DNA of 64,000 nucleotides from Macrostomum lignano (Eukaryota): NCBI GenBank assembly GCA_002269645.1, contig NIVC01001025.1, positions 62,001 to 126,000 of the forward strand, read 5' to 3'. Shown piece by piece: positions 1 to 12,249 of this stretch (position 1 is its first letter; each line of letters starts with the position of its first letter). The notes under the pieces were generated by a model. It saw only the letters and a program-made list of their open reading frames with translations, ran no database searches and was not told where the DNA came from. The position numbers and the translations under genes were made by a program.

Positions 1-224
1 GAGAGTTTGGACAGGTGAACGGGGGTCTAATCATTGAGAGTTTGTACAGGTGAACGGAGGTCTAATCTCTGAGAGTTTGGACAGGTGAACGGAGGTCTAA
101 TCTCTGAGAGTTTGGACAGGTGAACGGTGATCTAATCACGGAGAGTTTGGACAGGTGAACGGTGATCTAATCACGGAGAGTTTGGACAGGTGAACAAAGG
201 TCTAATCACTGAGAGTTTGGACAG
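1..224. repeat. 35-bp minisatellite (GAGAGTTTGGACAGGTGAACGGAGGTCTAATCTCT), at least 6 copies, truncated by window start; intronic
   Basis: Units start at 1, 36, 71, 106, 141, 176 and 211. The last partial unit ends in the AG used as acceptor for the next exon. Confidence 0.95.
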
Positions 225-407
225 TCCCGATCAAGTGATCCGATCACCCTGAATGACCGAGCTCCCGCAGATGTCGGCGGTGCCATCATCTCCTGTCCCC
301 AGGGTGTGGAAATCTTCGATCATAATTACGACTCGCATCCACGACTGTCGATGTTCGCCGAGTGCAAGCACCTGAAGCATCTGCCCGAGGCTGACATTAG
401 GTGTCAG
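225..407 (+). CDS. Internal exon (phase 0-0) of Cys-rich orphan gene A; upstream exons lie outside the window
   Basis: GGACAG|TCC...TGTCAG|GTGAGT; 61 open codons SRSSDPITLNDRAPADVGGAIISCPQGVEIFDHNYDSHPRLSMFAECKHLKHLPEADIRCQ; GC-rich coding style. Confidence 0.65.
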
Positions 408-855
408 GTGAGTCACAAGTCTGCAAATTTGCCAAAAATATTCGTATCAGTCTATAGCTAACTCGCAGTGATGCGTGGCTACATGCACTCGATGTCTGCT
501 CGACATTGATATAAGCGACAGTGAATCCGAGCAGGAAAAAAATTTATGAAAGACTGCAGAATATTGAACTTTGGAATTGTGCTATAGGAAAAACAGCTGG
601 GCGGGTTCAGTCAGAGTGCTTCATCTTGCAGCTTAGTTATTTGATCCGCAGTCTGGTTCTGTCATAACTAGTCTAGACTGTCTGTCATACGTCTGTCTAT
701 TAGTTACATCTATTCGAATATTAGTGTTGTCGTGTACTAAGAGTGTAGAAATATCACTATAAAGCCCATACTTTTTTCATTTTTCATTTTCGACAGCATG
801 TTTAAAGACCTGTTAGAATCATGGCCTCATCCTGCAATTGCCTCCCCACTGACTG

Positions 856-1890
856 CAGGTCGACTGCAAGAACTACTCGAGAAAAAAAGATAGGAAACTA
901 CGTTTCTTGGAAAACTTTAGTAGGCAGTTTTAGACTACCGAAGAAATACACTACAGAGATAGGAAACTACGTTTCTTGGAAAACTTTAGTAGGCAGTTTT
1001 AGACTACCGAAGAAATACACTACAGAGATAGGAAACTACGTTTCTTGGAAAACTTTAGTAGGCAGTTTTAGACTACCGAAGAAATACACTACAGAGAAAG
1101 GAAACTACGTTTCTTGGAAAACTTTAGTAGGCAGTTTTAGACTACCGAAGAAATACACTACAGAGATAGGAAACTACGTTTCTTGGAAAACTTTAGTAGG
1201 CAGTTTTAGACTACCGAAGAAATACACTACAGAGATAGGAAACTACGTTTCTTGGAAAACTTTAGTAGGCAGTTTTAGACTACCGAAGAAATACACTACA
1301 GAGATAGGAAACTACGTTTCTTGGAAAACTTTAGTAGGCAGTTTTAGACTACCGCAGAAATACACTACAGAGATAGGAAGTCTTCATTTTTTCAGTACAA
1401 AAATTTTAATTGCTTTTGATAGGAGGCAGACCCAATGTTCATCTTTTGATATGACTTGCCATCTTTATAGCTCACTTGATATTAACAAAGCTTTTCATTT
1501 AGAAAATTAGAATTCTATGTTAATTTTATAACCAACGTACATTTCCTGTGCCTTAAAATCATAAAAAATGGCGCAACTCCACTCATTGGCTTTATGAATC
1601 TATTTTATCATTCTGTTGCACGTTTTGTTACGCAGTCATTAAGCTAAGAAGGATTTTCTAATGATTTTCTGATAACGAATATCAATAGAGAGCTATAAGA
1701 GGCAAGTCATATCAAAATATGAACATTTGGTCTGCCTTCTATCAAAAGCAATTACAAATTTTGTGCTGAAAAATGAAAAATTCCAATCTCCGTAGTGTAT
1801 CTTTCAGTAAAACCAGCCTTCTAAAGTTTTCCAAGAAACCGTAGAAACGTAGTTTCGCGTCTTTCTACTTGAGTAGTGCTTGGTCGACTG
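856..1890. mobile_element. Foldback/MITE-like element with about 210-bp imperfect inverted arms; the left arm carries a 69-bp tandem amplification
   Basis: 1679-1890 is the reverse complement of 856-888 plus one 69-bp unit plus 1372-1495. Ends read CAG(G)TCGAC, Tc1/pogo-like. No clear TSD. Confidence 0.75.
889..1371. repeat. 69-bp tandem repeat x7
   Basis: Units start at 889, 958, 1027, 1096, 1165, 1234 and 1303 and are nearly identical. Confidence 0.95.
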
Positions 1891-1945
1891 TCTACTTAAC
1901 TAAACTAAAAAGCCCTGTGCTCCAACCCCGATTTGACGGACTCAG

Positions 1946-2152
1946 ATCTCCAAGCAGCTGATCATTCAGGCGGGCTACGGCAGCGTGGTGCAGTACATCC
2001 GCAGCCAGTGCGTCACGGCCGCGCAGTGCCACGGCCTGCGCCAGAGCCCCGGCTATTCGCCCGAGGACGGCGCCCTGATCCGCGCTCGAACGATGATCGG
2101 CTGTTGCCAGCCGCACGACCTGGCCTGCATCCGCCGCCTGGTGGATCTCTGA
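1946..2152 (+). CDS. Terminal exon of Cys-rich orphan gene A
   Basis: GACTCAG|ATC...CTC TGA; phase 0 matches the previous exon; ISKQLIIQAGYGSVVQYIRSQCVTAAQCHGLRQSPGYSPEDGALIRARTMIGCCQPHDLACIRRLVDL*. Confidence 0.65.
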   Translation: MSKQLIIQAGYGSVVQYIRSQCVTAAQCHGLRQSPGYSPEDGALIRARTMIGCCQPHDLACIRRLVDL

Positions 2153-2709
2153 GCTCTGAGTCAGCCTGAAAATGCTCTTCGGGTTTCTAACAAACTCTCG
2201 ACCCATTTAACGGTTTAATTAAACCTACTAGTTTTAGGCTGCGAAAAAGACACCGCCTGATTGGACAAAAACCTGCAACCAATGAGAAGCCAATGGGGAG
2301 GAGTGGGGTGGGTGCCCTTCGGGGGTAGATAAGAATAGCAGAGACCTTCAAATTGGTTACGCAAGCGCAAAAACTTTTCAAAGAGATGTCCCCAACGGCT
2401 TACAAATTTACAATTCAGTAAAAATCTGTTCTGTAATCTGTTAAAGAAGAGATATTTTAAAGAACGAATGAACAAAGGATTTTAGCGGCTTAGAATTGAT
2501 TCTAAAACAGAAAAAAAGCAAATAAAATGATGAACCAACGACGATATCGATTCGCCACTGCATGCTTAACCGAAGGACTTCAGCTTTGCTGATTTTATTT
2601 AATTTCAAAAGATCATACAGTATTCAAAAAAAATTTCAAATTTAGCTACCTTAGTGCGTAAAAAAAGTTCTTAGACACCCTTCATATCTGGGCATCTGTT
2701 TTGAGTAGT

Positions 2710-3560
2710 TTTGATAAAAAATTAAACATATATAGGCCTACTGTTTATGTAGTGAATTTAGTGCTAAAGTTTCGGCTTAATTGGGTTAACAAAGCAAAAG
2801 CAATCGATCACTTACGAGCTACTGAGGAACCCACAAAATTATCAATACAATACGAATCTGGACCCCAGTAGGGAAATCGCAGCTGATTTTTAGAAAAATG
2901 AATCCGAAAACACATCGCTGCTTTGGCTGAGAATTGATTGATTAATCATTGCTTGCAAGCTGTGTGAAAGTTTTAGCCATATAGATTAAAGAGCAAAAAT
3001 AACAAAGCAGTAAGCAGCATAAGACAGAGTGTGCAGAACCAACGTCAGCTACAGATGCTGAGACGCGGAACCAACTTCAGGGGGTTTAAGAATGGCTAGC
3101 GCATTCTTGACCAGAAGAATCGCCGATACGAAGTCTGCTTACAACAAAGGGCGGCAATTTCAGTTCTGGTAGACGAATTCAAGAGCATATTCATGAGACC
3201 AGCAGTTCGTCAGCTTCCCCGAGCTGCTGCGGCTGCTGAGGGGCTGATCAGAGCGACACCTAAGGACATGTGATTGAGGAGTTGCAAGCCGCTACGATAT
3301 GACAAGTGCATTCGACTTAATGGCGATTACTTTGAAGATTTTCACGATTGGTGATCTGTTTTATGAAGTTCTGGAACTTCCCAGTCTAAACTGTTTGCTC
3401 GATAACTTTTACATTTTGTTGAGTTTAAAATCGTATTGCTAATTTCGTAGGTTCCTCAGTAAATGATCGATTGTTTTTGCTCTGTCAACCCGATTAAGCT
3501 GAAACTTTAGCACTAAATTCACTACATATAGGCCCATGTTTCTGTATTTTTAATCAAGAC
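2710..3560 (+). mobile_element. Degenerate mariner-type transposon relic with about 140-bp inverted repeats
   Basis: 2710-2850 is the reverse complement of about 3430-3560. 3298-3336 encodes YDKCIRLNGDYFE, the mariner transposase C-terminal KC..xGxYFE motif. Confidence 0.65.
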
Positions 3561-4059
3561 CAATAGAACAGATTTAGAGATATGAGACCTTAGCCTTCAA
3601 GTTGGTGCTTCTGTTTTACCTAAGCATTTGAATTGTATTTCATAGAATAGAATCTATTATTTTTTATGAATATCAATCCAGACATTTTCAGAAAAATAAC
3701 TCTTGCAAGGTAGATAGACAGACAGATTCTACAAGAGTGCAGAGCACTATAGCGTAAATCAGAGTCAATTAACTTCCGTTTGCTCAGAGATTTTTTATAA
3801 CTGGCAGCTGCCACCCCCGCACACCCACTGCCGCTGATTTCATTCTAGAAGGCCTAATATTTCATATTAATTATCCCTGAGATCACTGCCGCATAACTGA
3901 TGATAATAGCTGCTTTTCTGTAAGTGTATTTAATGACCTTTTTATACACGTGGCTGGTCAGATCACGTGGCTGGAAGAGAGCAAGTCATTTGGGAATCTA
4001 GCTTCATGCTGTCCATATCTCATTCATTCGATTCGCTTTTCTGACGTCGAATGACATTT

Positions 4060-4260
4060 TGAAATACCGGTATTTGAGTGCCATTTTGAGATATTTGAGT
4101 GCAATTTTAAGATATTTGAGTGCAAATTTAAGATATTTGAGTGCCACTTTGAGATATTTGAGTGCTATTTTGAGGTAGTTGAGTGCCATTTTAGATATTT
4201 AGGTGCAATTTTAAAGGTACTTGAGAGTGAATTTTAAAGGTATTTTGAGATATCTTCGAC
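4060..4260. repeat. Degenerate 21-bp minisatellite (GATATTTGAGTGCxATTTTxA)
   Basis: 21-bp period at 4090, 4111, 4132 and onward. Confidence 0.8.
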
Positions 4261-4770
4261 AAACCAAACCCGATAAAACATAACTTTAATAAAACAACTC
4301 AATAGACTAAATTTCTATAAACCATAATTTCTATCAAGCAATCCAGGAAATGAAAAGCAACAGCAATAGCAAAATCAGGGCTGGTGACGTCAGTAATAAA
4401 AATTGGCGGAATTCGAGAACTCCATCTGCTCATTCAGATAAGGAAACTATAAGTAGGCGGCCCGGGGGAATTATATACAATGGCAGGTGGGCCCTGAGAT
4501 CAAACAATGCGTGGGCGTTGGCAGAGTCGGATCGCGTTTAGGTCTTAGCCATCTTTTAATCTCTTAAGAGAAAAGCCGCTTAAGAGATAAGCATGGTACG
4601 CTTGGCCTGCTTCTCAGAAGAAGAAGCTCTATTTAAATCTACAAAGCGATAAAAATGGAATCCACCAGGCGCAAGTCTCATTGGGGCCTCTAAAAAGTTT
4701 CGAAGAATATTGAATTTTTGAAGTTTTCTTGAGAAGCCAGCTTCCGGTCCCGCCTACCTAGCAAATAGTC

Positions 4771-4778
4771 TATTTAAA
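4771..4778 (+). promoter_or_regulatory. Possible TATA-like box (TATTTAAA) of gene B
   Basis: About 65 bp upstream of ATG 4841 and preceded by CCCGCC. Motif match only. Confidence 0.3.
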
Positions 4779-4840
4779 CTGACTGGGCCGACTACCGCGA
4801 GTCCTGTCGCCAGCCGATCGCCCCAACCGATTGCTTTAGA

Positions 4841-5098
4841 ATGAGTCTCCTACAGCCTGCAGAGGTGGCGCTAGCTCTAGCGCTAGTCTCGGCGCTAGTC
4901 CTGGCGCTCTGCCCGGCCGGCGGCTCCGCCGTAGCCGTGTACACCAGCGACGCCACGGACGAGAAGGACGCGCACTGTCGGGTTGGCTACTATATTCACG
5001 ACAGCGCTGACCTGCTCAGCTCGGTCAGGAATTGCCCGCCCAAGCTGGACTGTCGGCTGCTTAGGCCGGACGTGCCGCAGGAGGAAATCTCTTGCAAG
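4841..5098 (+). CDS. Exon 1 of secreted Cys-rich orphan gene B (about 159 aa in total)
   Basis: ATG plus hydrophobic signal peptide (ALALALVSALVLALCPAGGSA); ends TGCAAG|GTAGTC, phase 0. Confidence 0.75.
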
Positions 5099-5160
5099 GT
5101 AGTCGGCGGGAGTAACTATACTTTTAATTTAATTGATAAATATCTCGTCATACACTTAGT
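5098..5160 (+). other. Degenerate 28S rRNA H69-H71 fragment, copy 1
   Basis: Ungapped 43/63 match by hand to the conserved eukaryotic LSU sequence GGTAAACGGCGGGAGTAACTATGACTCTCTTAAGGTAGCCAAATGCCTCGTCATCTAATTAGT. Confidence 0.75.
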
Positions 5161-5454
5161 TTTCGTACAAACCATCAAGGATATAGTCATAGGAAGAAAC
5201 TTTAGCTTTATCTAGCTCGTAAACGACAAATAACCTCCTCAAAGTTAGTGCGGGAGCAGATGACAATAACAAATCGAATCAAGGACTACCAAAAACTTTT
5301 CTATTCCAGCAGACGGTGGTCCTTAATTAAATTAGGACTTATTTTTCACCTCTGCGCCAGAGTGCGATTCGTTAGTCTTTGCTTTTTAGGCAGTCAGCAG
5401 GAGGAACTAGTATAACCTCATTTCGATACCTCTGTCATCCAAACACCTGCACAG

Positions 5455-5676
5455 ATGGAGCACTTGGGCAGTCCGCGCGAATTCCCCTACTTTGGCCGGC
5501 CTGACTATAGCGCTAAAAACCTGTTCAAGTTCAGCTGCTCCAGCCAGTACGAATGCGGCTACCGCCAATCGAACGAGTTGTGCTATCACAGCTCAAAAGT
5601 CCTGGCGCTGGCCAAGGACAACCCGTCCAGCCTGCTGCTCACGAGACCCACCGATGCGGCCATTGTGTGCGCCTGA
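5455..5676 (+). CDS. Exon 2 (terminal) of secreted Cys-rich gene B
   Basis: CCTGCACAG|ATGGAG, phase 0; 73 codons with 4 Cys to TGA; AATAAA at 5734-5739. Confidence 0.75.
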   Translation: MEHLGSPREFPYFGRPDYSAKNLFKFSCSSQYECGYRQSNELCYHSSKVLALAKDNPSSLLLTRPTDAAIVCA

Positions 5677-5781
5677 CACTGCAATTACCTAGGCTCAGCC
5701 ATGCGGCTGCAGGATTGTAACTGAGAGCATGACAATAAAAATATATTAATGAGTAACGTCCTTTATCAATTGTTGCTTTTA

Positions 5782-5844
5782 GGTAGTCAGCGGGAGTAAC
5801 TATAACTTCATTCTTATAGCTAAATGCCTCGTCATACAACCAGT
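5782..5844 (+). other. Degenerate 28S rRNA H69-H71 fragment, copy 2
   Basis: Ungapped 47/63 match by hand, including GCGGGAGTAACTAT and TAGCtAAATGCCTCGTCAT. Confidence 0.8.
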
Positions 5845-6159
5845 AAGAAAGCGAAGCCAGCTATACTCGTAAATTTAAACACAGCTGTTAGTAGTCCATG
5901 ATCGAAAATAGAAATCTATATGTAGGTAGTCATGAGAAGTAACTATAAATTTCTTTAGCTCGTAAAAGGTAAATTACAATGCAATTACAGTAACAATTGC
6001 AGTACCTGCTCAGCAATTGAGGCAGCAGGATTTTATTTGAGAGTATGGCAATAAAAGCCTATGAATTAATGATTAGCGTCGAATATATTGCTGTTTGATT
6101 GTTTATTAACTATATTATACTTGATTTCTGATTAGGTCACGATCATTGGCGCGGGTCGC

Positions 6160-6370
6160 TTTCACAAGCTCGAACTTCACAAGCTCGAACTTCACAAGCT
6201 CGAAACTTCACAAGCTCGAAACTTCACAAGCTCGAACTTCACAAGCTCGAAACTTCACAAGCTCGAAACTTCACAAGCTCGAAACTTCAAAAGCTCGAAC
6301 TTCACAAGCTCGAAACTTCACAAGCTCGAAACTTCACAAGCTCGAAACTTCACAAGCTCGAAACTTCACA
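6160..6370. repeat. 16/17-bp minisatellite (TTCACAAGCTCGAA[A]C), about 13 copies
   Basis: Direct inspection. Confidence 0.95.
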
Positions 6371-6424
6371 AGCTCGAGACTCGACATCGTCAAAAAGTCT
6401 TGTCGTTCACATTCAGAAGCTTCC

Positions 6425-9210
6425 TGGAGGAGAAGCGGATAGAGGCCAAATTCCTGAAGGAGGAGCGGATAGAGGCCAAATTCCTGAAGGAGGAGCGGAT
6501 AGAGGCCAAATTCCTGAAGGAGGAGCGGATTGAAGCTCAAATCCTGAAGAAGCGGATTGAAGCTCAAATCCTGAAGGAGGAGCGGATTGAAGCTCAAATC
6601 CTGAAGGAGAAGCGGATTGAAGCTCAAATCCTGAAGGAGGAGCGGATTGAAGCTCAAATCCTGAAGAAGCGGATTGAAGCTCAAATCCTGAAGGAGGAGC
6701 GGATTGAAGCTCAAATCCTGAAGGAGAAGCGGATTGAAGCTCAAATCCTGAAGGAGGAGCGGATTGAAGCTCAAATCCTGAAGGAGAAGCGGATTGAAGC
6801 TCAAATCCTGAAGGAGGAGCGGATTGAAGCTCAAATCCTGAAGGAGGAGCGGATTGAAGCTCAAACCCTGAAGGAGGAGCGGATTGAAGCTCAAATCCTG
6901 AAGGAGGAGCGGATTGAAGCTCAAACCCTGAAGGAGGAGCGGATTGAAGCTCAAATCCTGAAGGATGAGCGGATTGAAGCTCAAATCCTGAAGGAGAAGC
7001 GGATTGAAGCTCAAATCCTGAAGGAGGAGCGGATTGAAGCTCCAATCCTGAAGGAGGAGCGGATTGAAGCTCAAACCCTGAAGGAGGAGCGGATTGAAGC
7101 TCAAATCCTGAAGTAGGAGCGGATTGAAGCTCAAATCCTGAAGGAGGAGCGGATTGAAGCTCAAACCCTGAAGGAGGAGCGGATTGAAGCTCAAATCCTG
7201 AAGGAGGAGCGGATTGAAGCTCAAACCCTGAAGGAGGAGCGGATTGAAGCTCAAATCCTGAAGGAGGAGCGGATTGAAGCTCAAACCCTGAAGGAGGAGC
7301 GGATTGAAGCTCAAATCCTGAAGGATGAGCGGATTGAAGCTCAAATCCTTAAGGAGGAGCAGATTGAAGCTCAAATCCTGAAGGAGGAGCGGATTGAAGC
7401 CCAAATCCTGAAGGAGAAGCGGATTGAAGCTCAAAACCTGAAGGAGAAGCGGATTGAAGCTCAAATCCTGAAGGAGAAGCGGATTGAAGCTCAAATCCTG
7501 AAGGAGGAGCGGATTGAAGCTCAAATCCTGAAGGAGGAGCGGATTGAAGCTCAAATCCTGAAGGAGAAGCGGATTGAAGCTCAAATCCTGAAGTAGGAGC
7601 GGATTGAAGCTCAAATCCTGAAGTAGGAGCGGATTGAAGCTCAAATCCTGAAGGAGGAGCGGATTGAATCTCAAATCCTGAAGGAGAAGCGGATTGAATC
7701 TCAAATCCTGAAGGAGGAACGGATTGAAGCTCAAATCCTGAAGGAGGAGCGGATTGAAGCTCAAATCCTGAAGGAGGAGCGGATTGAATCTCAAATCCTG
7801 AAGGAGGAGCGGATTGAAGCTCAAATCCTGAAGGAGGAGCGGATTGAAGCTCAAATCCTGAAGGAGAAGCGGATTGAAGCTCAAATCCTGAAGTAGGAGC
7901 GGATTGAAGCTCAAATCCTGAAGTAGGAGCGGATTGAAGCTCAAATCCTGAAGGAGGAGCGGATTGAATCTCAAATCCTGAAGTAGGAGCGGATTGAAGC
8001 TCAAATCCTGAAGGAGGAGCGGATTGAATCTCAAATCCTGAAGGAGAAGCGGATTGAATCTCAAATCCTGAAGGAGGAACGGATTGAAGCTCAAATCCTG
8101 AAGGAGGAGCGGATTGAAGCTCAAACCCTGAAGGAGAAGCGGATTGAAGCTCAAATCCTAAAGGAGGAGCGGATTGAAGCTCAAATCCTGAAGGAGGAGC
8201 GGATTGAAGCTCAAATCCTGAAGGAGAAGCGGATTGAAGCTCAAATCCTGAAGTAGGAGCGGATTGAAGCTCAAATCCTGAAGTAGGAGCGGATTGAAGC
8301 TCAAATCCTGAAGGAGGAGCGGATTGAATCTCAAATCCTGAAGGAGAAGCGGATTGAATCTCAAATCCTGAAGGAGGAACGGATTGAAGCTCAAATCCTG
8401 AAGGAGGAGCGGATTGAAGCTCAAATCCTGAAGGAGGAGCGGATTGAAGCTCAAATCCTGAAGGAGGAGCGGATTGAAGCTCAAATCCTGAAGGAGGAGC
8501 GGATTGAAGCTCAAATCCTGAAGGAGAAGCGGATTGAAGCTCAAATCCTGAAGTAGGAGCGGATTGAAGCTCAAATCCTGAAGTAGGAGCGGATTGAATC
8601 TCAAATCCTGAAGGAGGAGCGGATTGAATCTCAAATCCTGAAGTAGGAGCGGATTGAAGCTCAAATCCTGAAGGAGGAGCGGATTGAATCTCAAATCCTG
8701 AAGGAGAAGCGGATTGAATCTCAAATCCTGAAGGAGGAACGGATTGAAGCTCAAATCCTGAAGGAGGAGCGGATTGAAGCTCAAACCCTGAAGGAGGAGC
8801 GGATTGAAGCTCAAATCCTGAAGGAGGAGCGGATTGAAGCTCAAATCCTGAAGGAGGAGCGGATTGAAGCTCAAATCCTGAAGGAGAAGCGGATTGAAGC
8901 TCAAATCCTGAAGTAGGAGCGGATTGAAGCTCAAATCCTGAAGTAGGAGCGGATTGAAGCTCAAATCCTGAAGGAGGAGCGGATTGAATCTCAAATCCTG
9001 AAGGAGAAGCGGATTGAATCTCAAATCCTGAAGGAGGAACGGATTGAAGCTCAAATCCTGAAGGAGGAGCGGATTGAAGCTCAAACCCTGAAGGAGGAGC
9101 GGATTGAAGCTCAAATCCTGAAGGAGGAGCGGATTGAAGCTCAAATCCTGAAGGAGGAGCGGATTGAAGCTCAAATCCTGAAGGAGAAGCGGATTGAAGC
9201 TCAAATCCTG
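6425..9210. repeat. 30-bp minisatellite (GAAGGAGGAGCGGATTGAAGCTCAAATCCT), about 90 copies, with higher-order structure
   Basis: 30-bp period. AAGTAG variant pairs recur at 7591, 7891, 8251, 8551 and 8911 (300/360-bp steps). Confidence 0.97.
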
Positions 9211-9728
9211 ACGGGCCAACCCTTGAAAGCACTTGTCCCCATTCACATCATTGTCTCCCTCCCTTCCACACAGCTGCTACAGCGGTTTCATTCTCCAGCG
9301 TGGCTGCAACAGACAAATGCAGTAGACTAAATTATCTATCGAATGAACGATACAAAATCTAGACCCCTTTCGTGTGTAATATTTAATCAATTTTTAGAAT
9401 CTGCGTTGGCGGATACATTTTAAGCTCAGAGAATAATTGAGCACGCACACAGCATAGAGCACTTGAACTGCTGTCTTTGACTATTGAGAATTTCATTTTC
9501 AATTGCAAGAGTCATCCTCAGCCCCAAGCCAGGGCGTTTGCAGGGAGCCAGTGTTATTTGAGTCAGTTAGATCGCCTTTGACTGCCAAATAGGCCCTTGC
9601 CACACAATACCCTGACCTTGAAGAGTTTTTTGCACCGATGTATTGGCATGGTTAAAAGCAAGCGAAGGTTACGCAAATCTGTGTATCGAATCTATATTTA
9701 TTACAACGGCGACGCAGTTTATTTCATC

Positions 9729-11210
<1,482 letters not shown>

Positions 11211-11696
11211 AAATCAATTTATCAATCTAATGCAATTCAATTCCATTTTTCAATCCAAAAACACACCAGCACTCAGCCTGCAGGCCGCAGTTGAGCTGAA
11301 AACGGACCCATTTTATTATCGGGCAGGGAGGAACTGTTTAAAATGCATAATTCAGCTAAAATTAGAACGGTTTGCGTCAAGAGAACAGCGCAATGGACTG
11401 CATAGGTAGCAGGCAAAGCTCAATAGCATTCGCTCCAGTCTGAAGAGAACACAAAGGCGTCTATTCTGAATAGAACAGAACAGAAATTGGCCTCTAACTG
11501 CAAAAGAAACGGAGCACTCATAATGGTAGTATCTGCCATAATATTCGCTATCTACTATCTACCCGAAAAAACCGAAGGATAAACAGTAGACAGATACGCT
11601 GCTGTTTTTCGGAACCAATGTATCAAGACTAAATGGGGACTAGCTGTTAATTATCGTTTCCAACCAAGTGGCGCTAGGGGAAGGAAACTACCGCTA

Positions 11697-12142
11697 AGGG
11701 ATCGGCGCCAGGGGAGGGGGATCGGCGCCAGGGGAAGGCAATCGGTGCCAGGGGAAGGGATCGGCGCCAGGGGAGGGGACCGGCGCCAGGGGATGGGATC
11801 GGCGCCAGGGGATGGGGATCGGCGCCAGGGGAAGGCAATCGGTGCCAGGGGAAGGGGTCGGCGCCAGGGGATGGGGATCGGCGCCAGGGGAAGGGAATTG
11901 GCACCAGGGGAGGGGACCGGCGCCAGGGGATGGGATCGGCGCCAGGGGATGGGGATCGGCGCCAGGGGAAGACAATCGGTGCCAGGGGAAGGGATCGGCG
12001 CCAGGGGAGGGGGATCGGCGCCAGGGGAAGGGGTCGGCGCCAAGGGATGGGATCGGCGCCAGGGAAAGGGATCGGCGCCAGGGGATGGGGATCGGCGCCA
12101 GGGGAGGGGGATCGGCGCCAGGGGAAGGGGATCGGCGCCAGG
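11697..12142. repeat. G-rich 19-20-bp minisatellite (GATCGGCGCCAGGGGAAGGG)
   Basis: Direct inspection; starts about 110 bp beyond the RMT2 stop codon. Confidence 0.93.
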
Positions 12143-12249
12143 GAAGAGGAAATGGAAGCGAGAAACAAATTTGAAAAGTATTCATTTGCAACACGAATTG
12201 AGTGGGAATCGTGCGCACTGCAAGCGTATCTCTCTAGTGTAACTGTCAA

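Noticed and set aside
821-1510. 229-aa ORF with a 23-aa repeat
   Set aside because: It is the translation of the 69-bp array inside a foldback element within an intron.
5098-5844. Functional rRNA gene or group I intron
   Set aside because: Only 50-63 nt match 28S, with no flanking rRNA sequence, intron core or homing endonuclease ORF.
6334-9246. 600+ aa ORFs (DLSFNPLLLQ, ELQSAPPSGF, KEERIEAQIL) as genes
   Set aside because: A 30-bp unit without stops is open in several frames on both strands, and there is no domain or splice support. Kept only as a low-interest finding.
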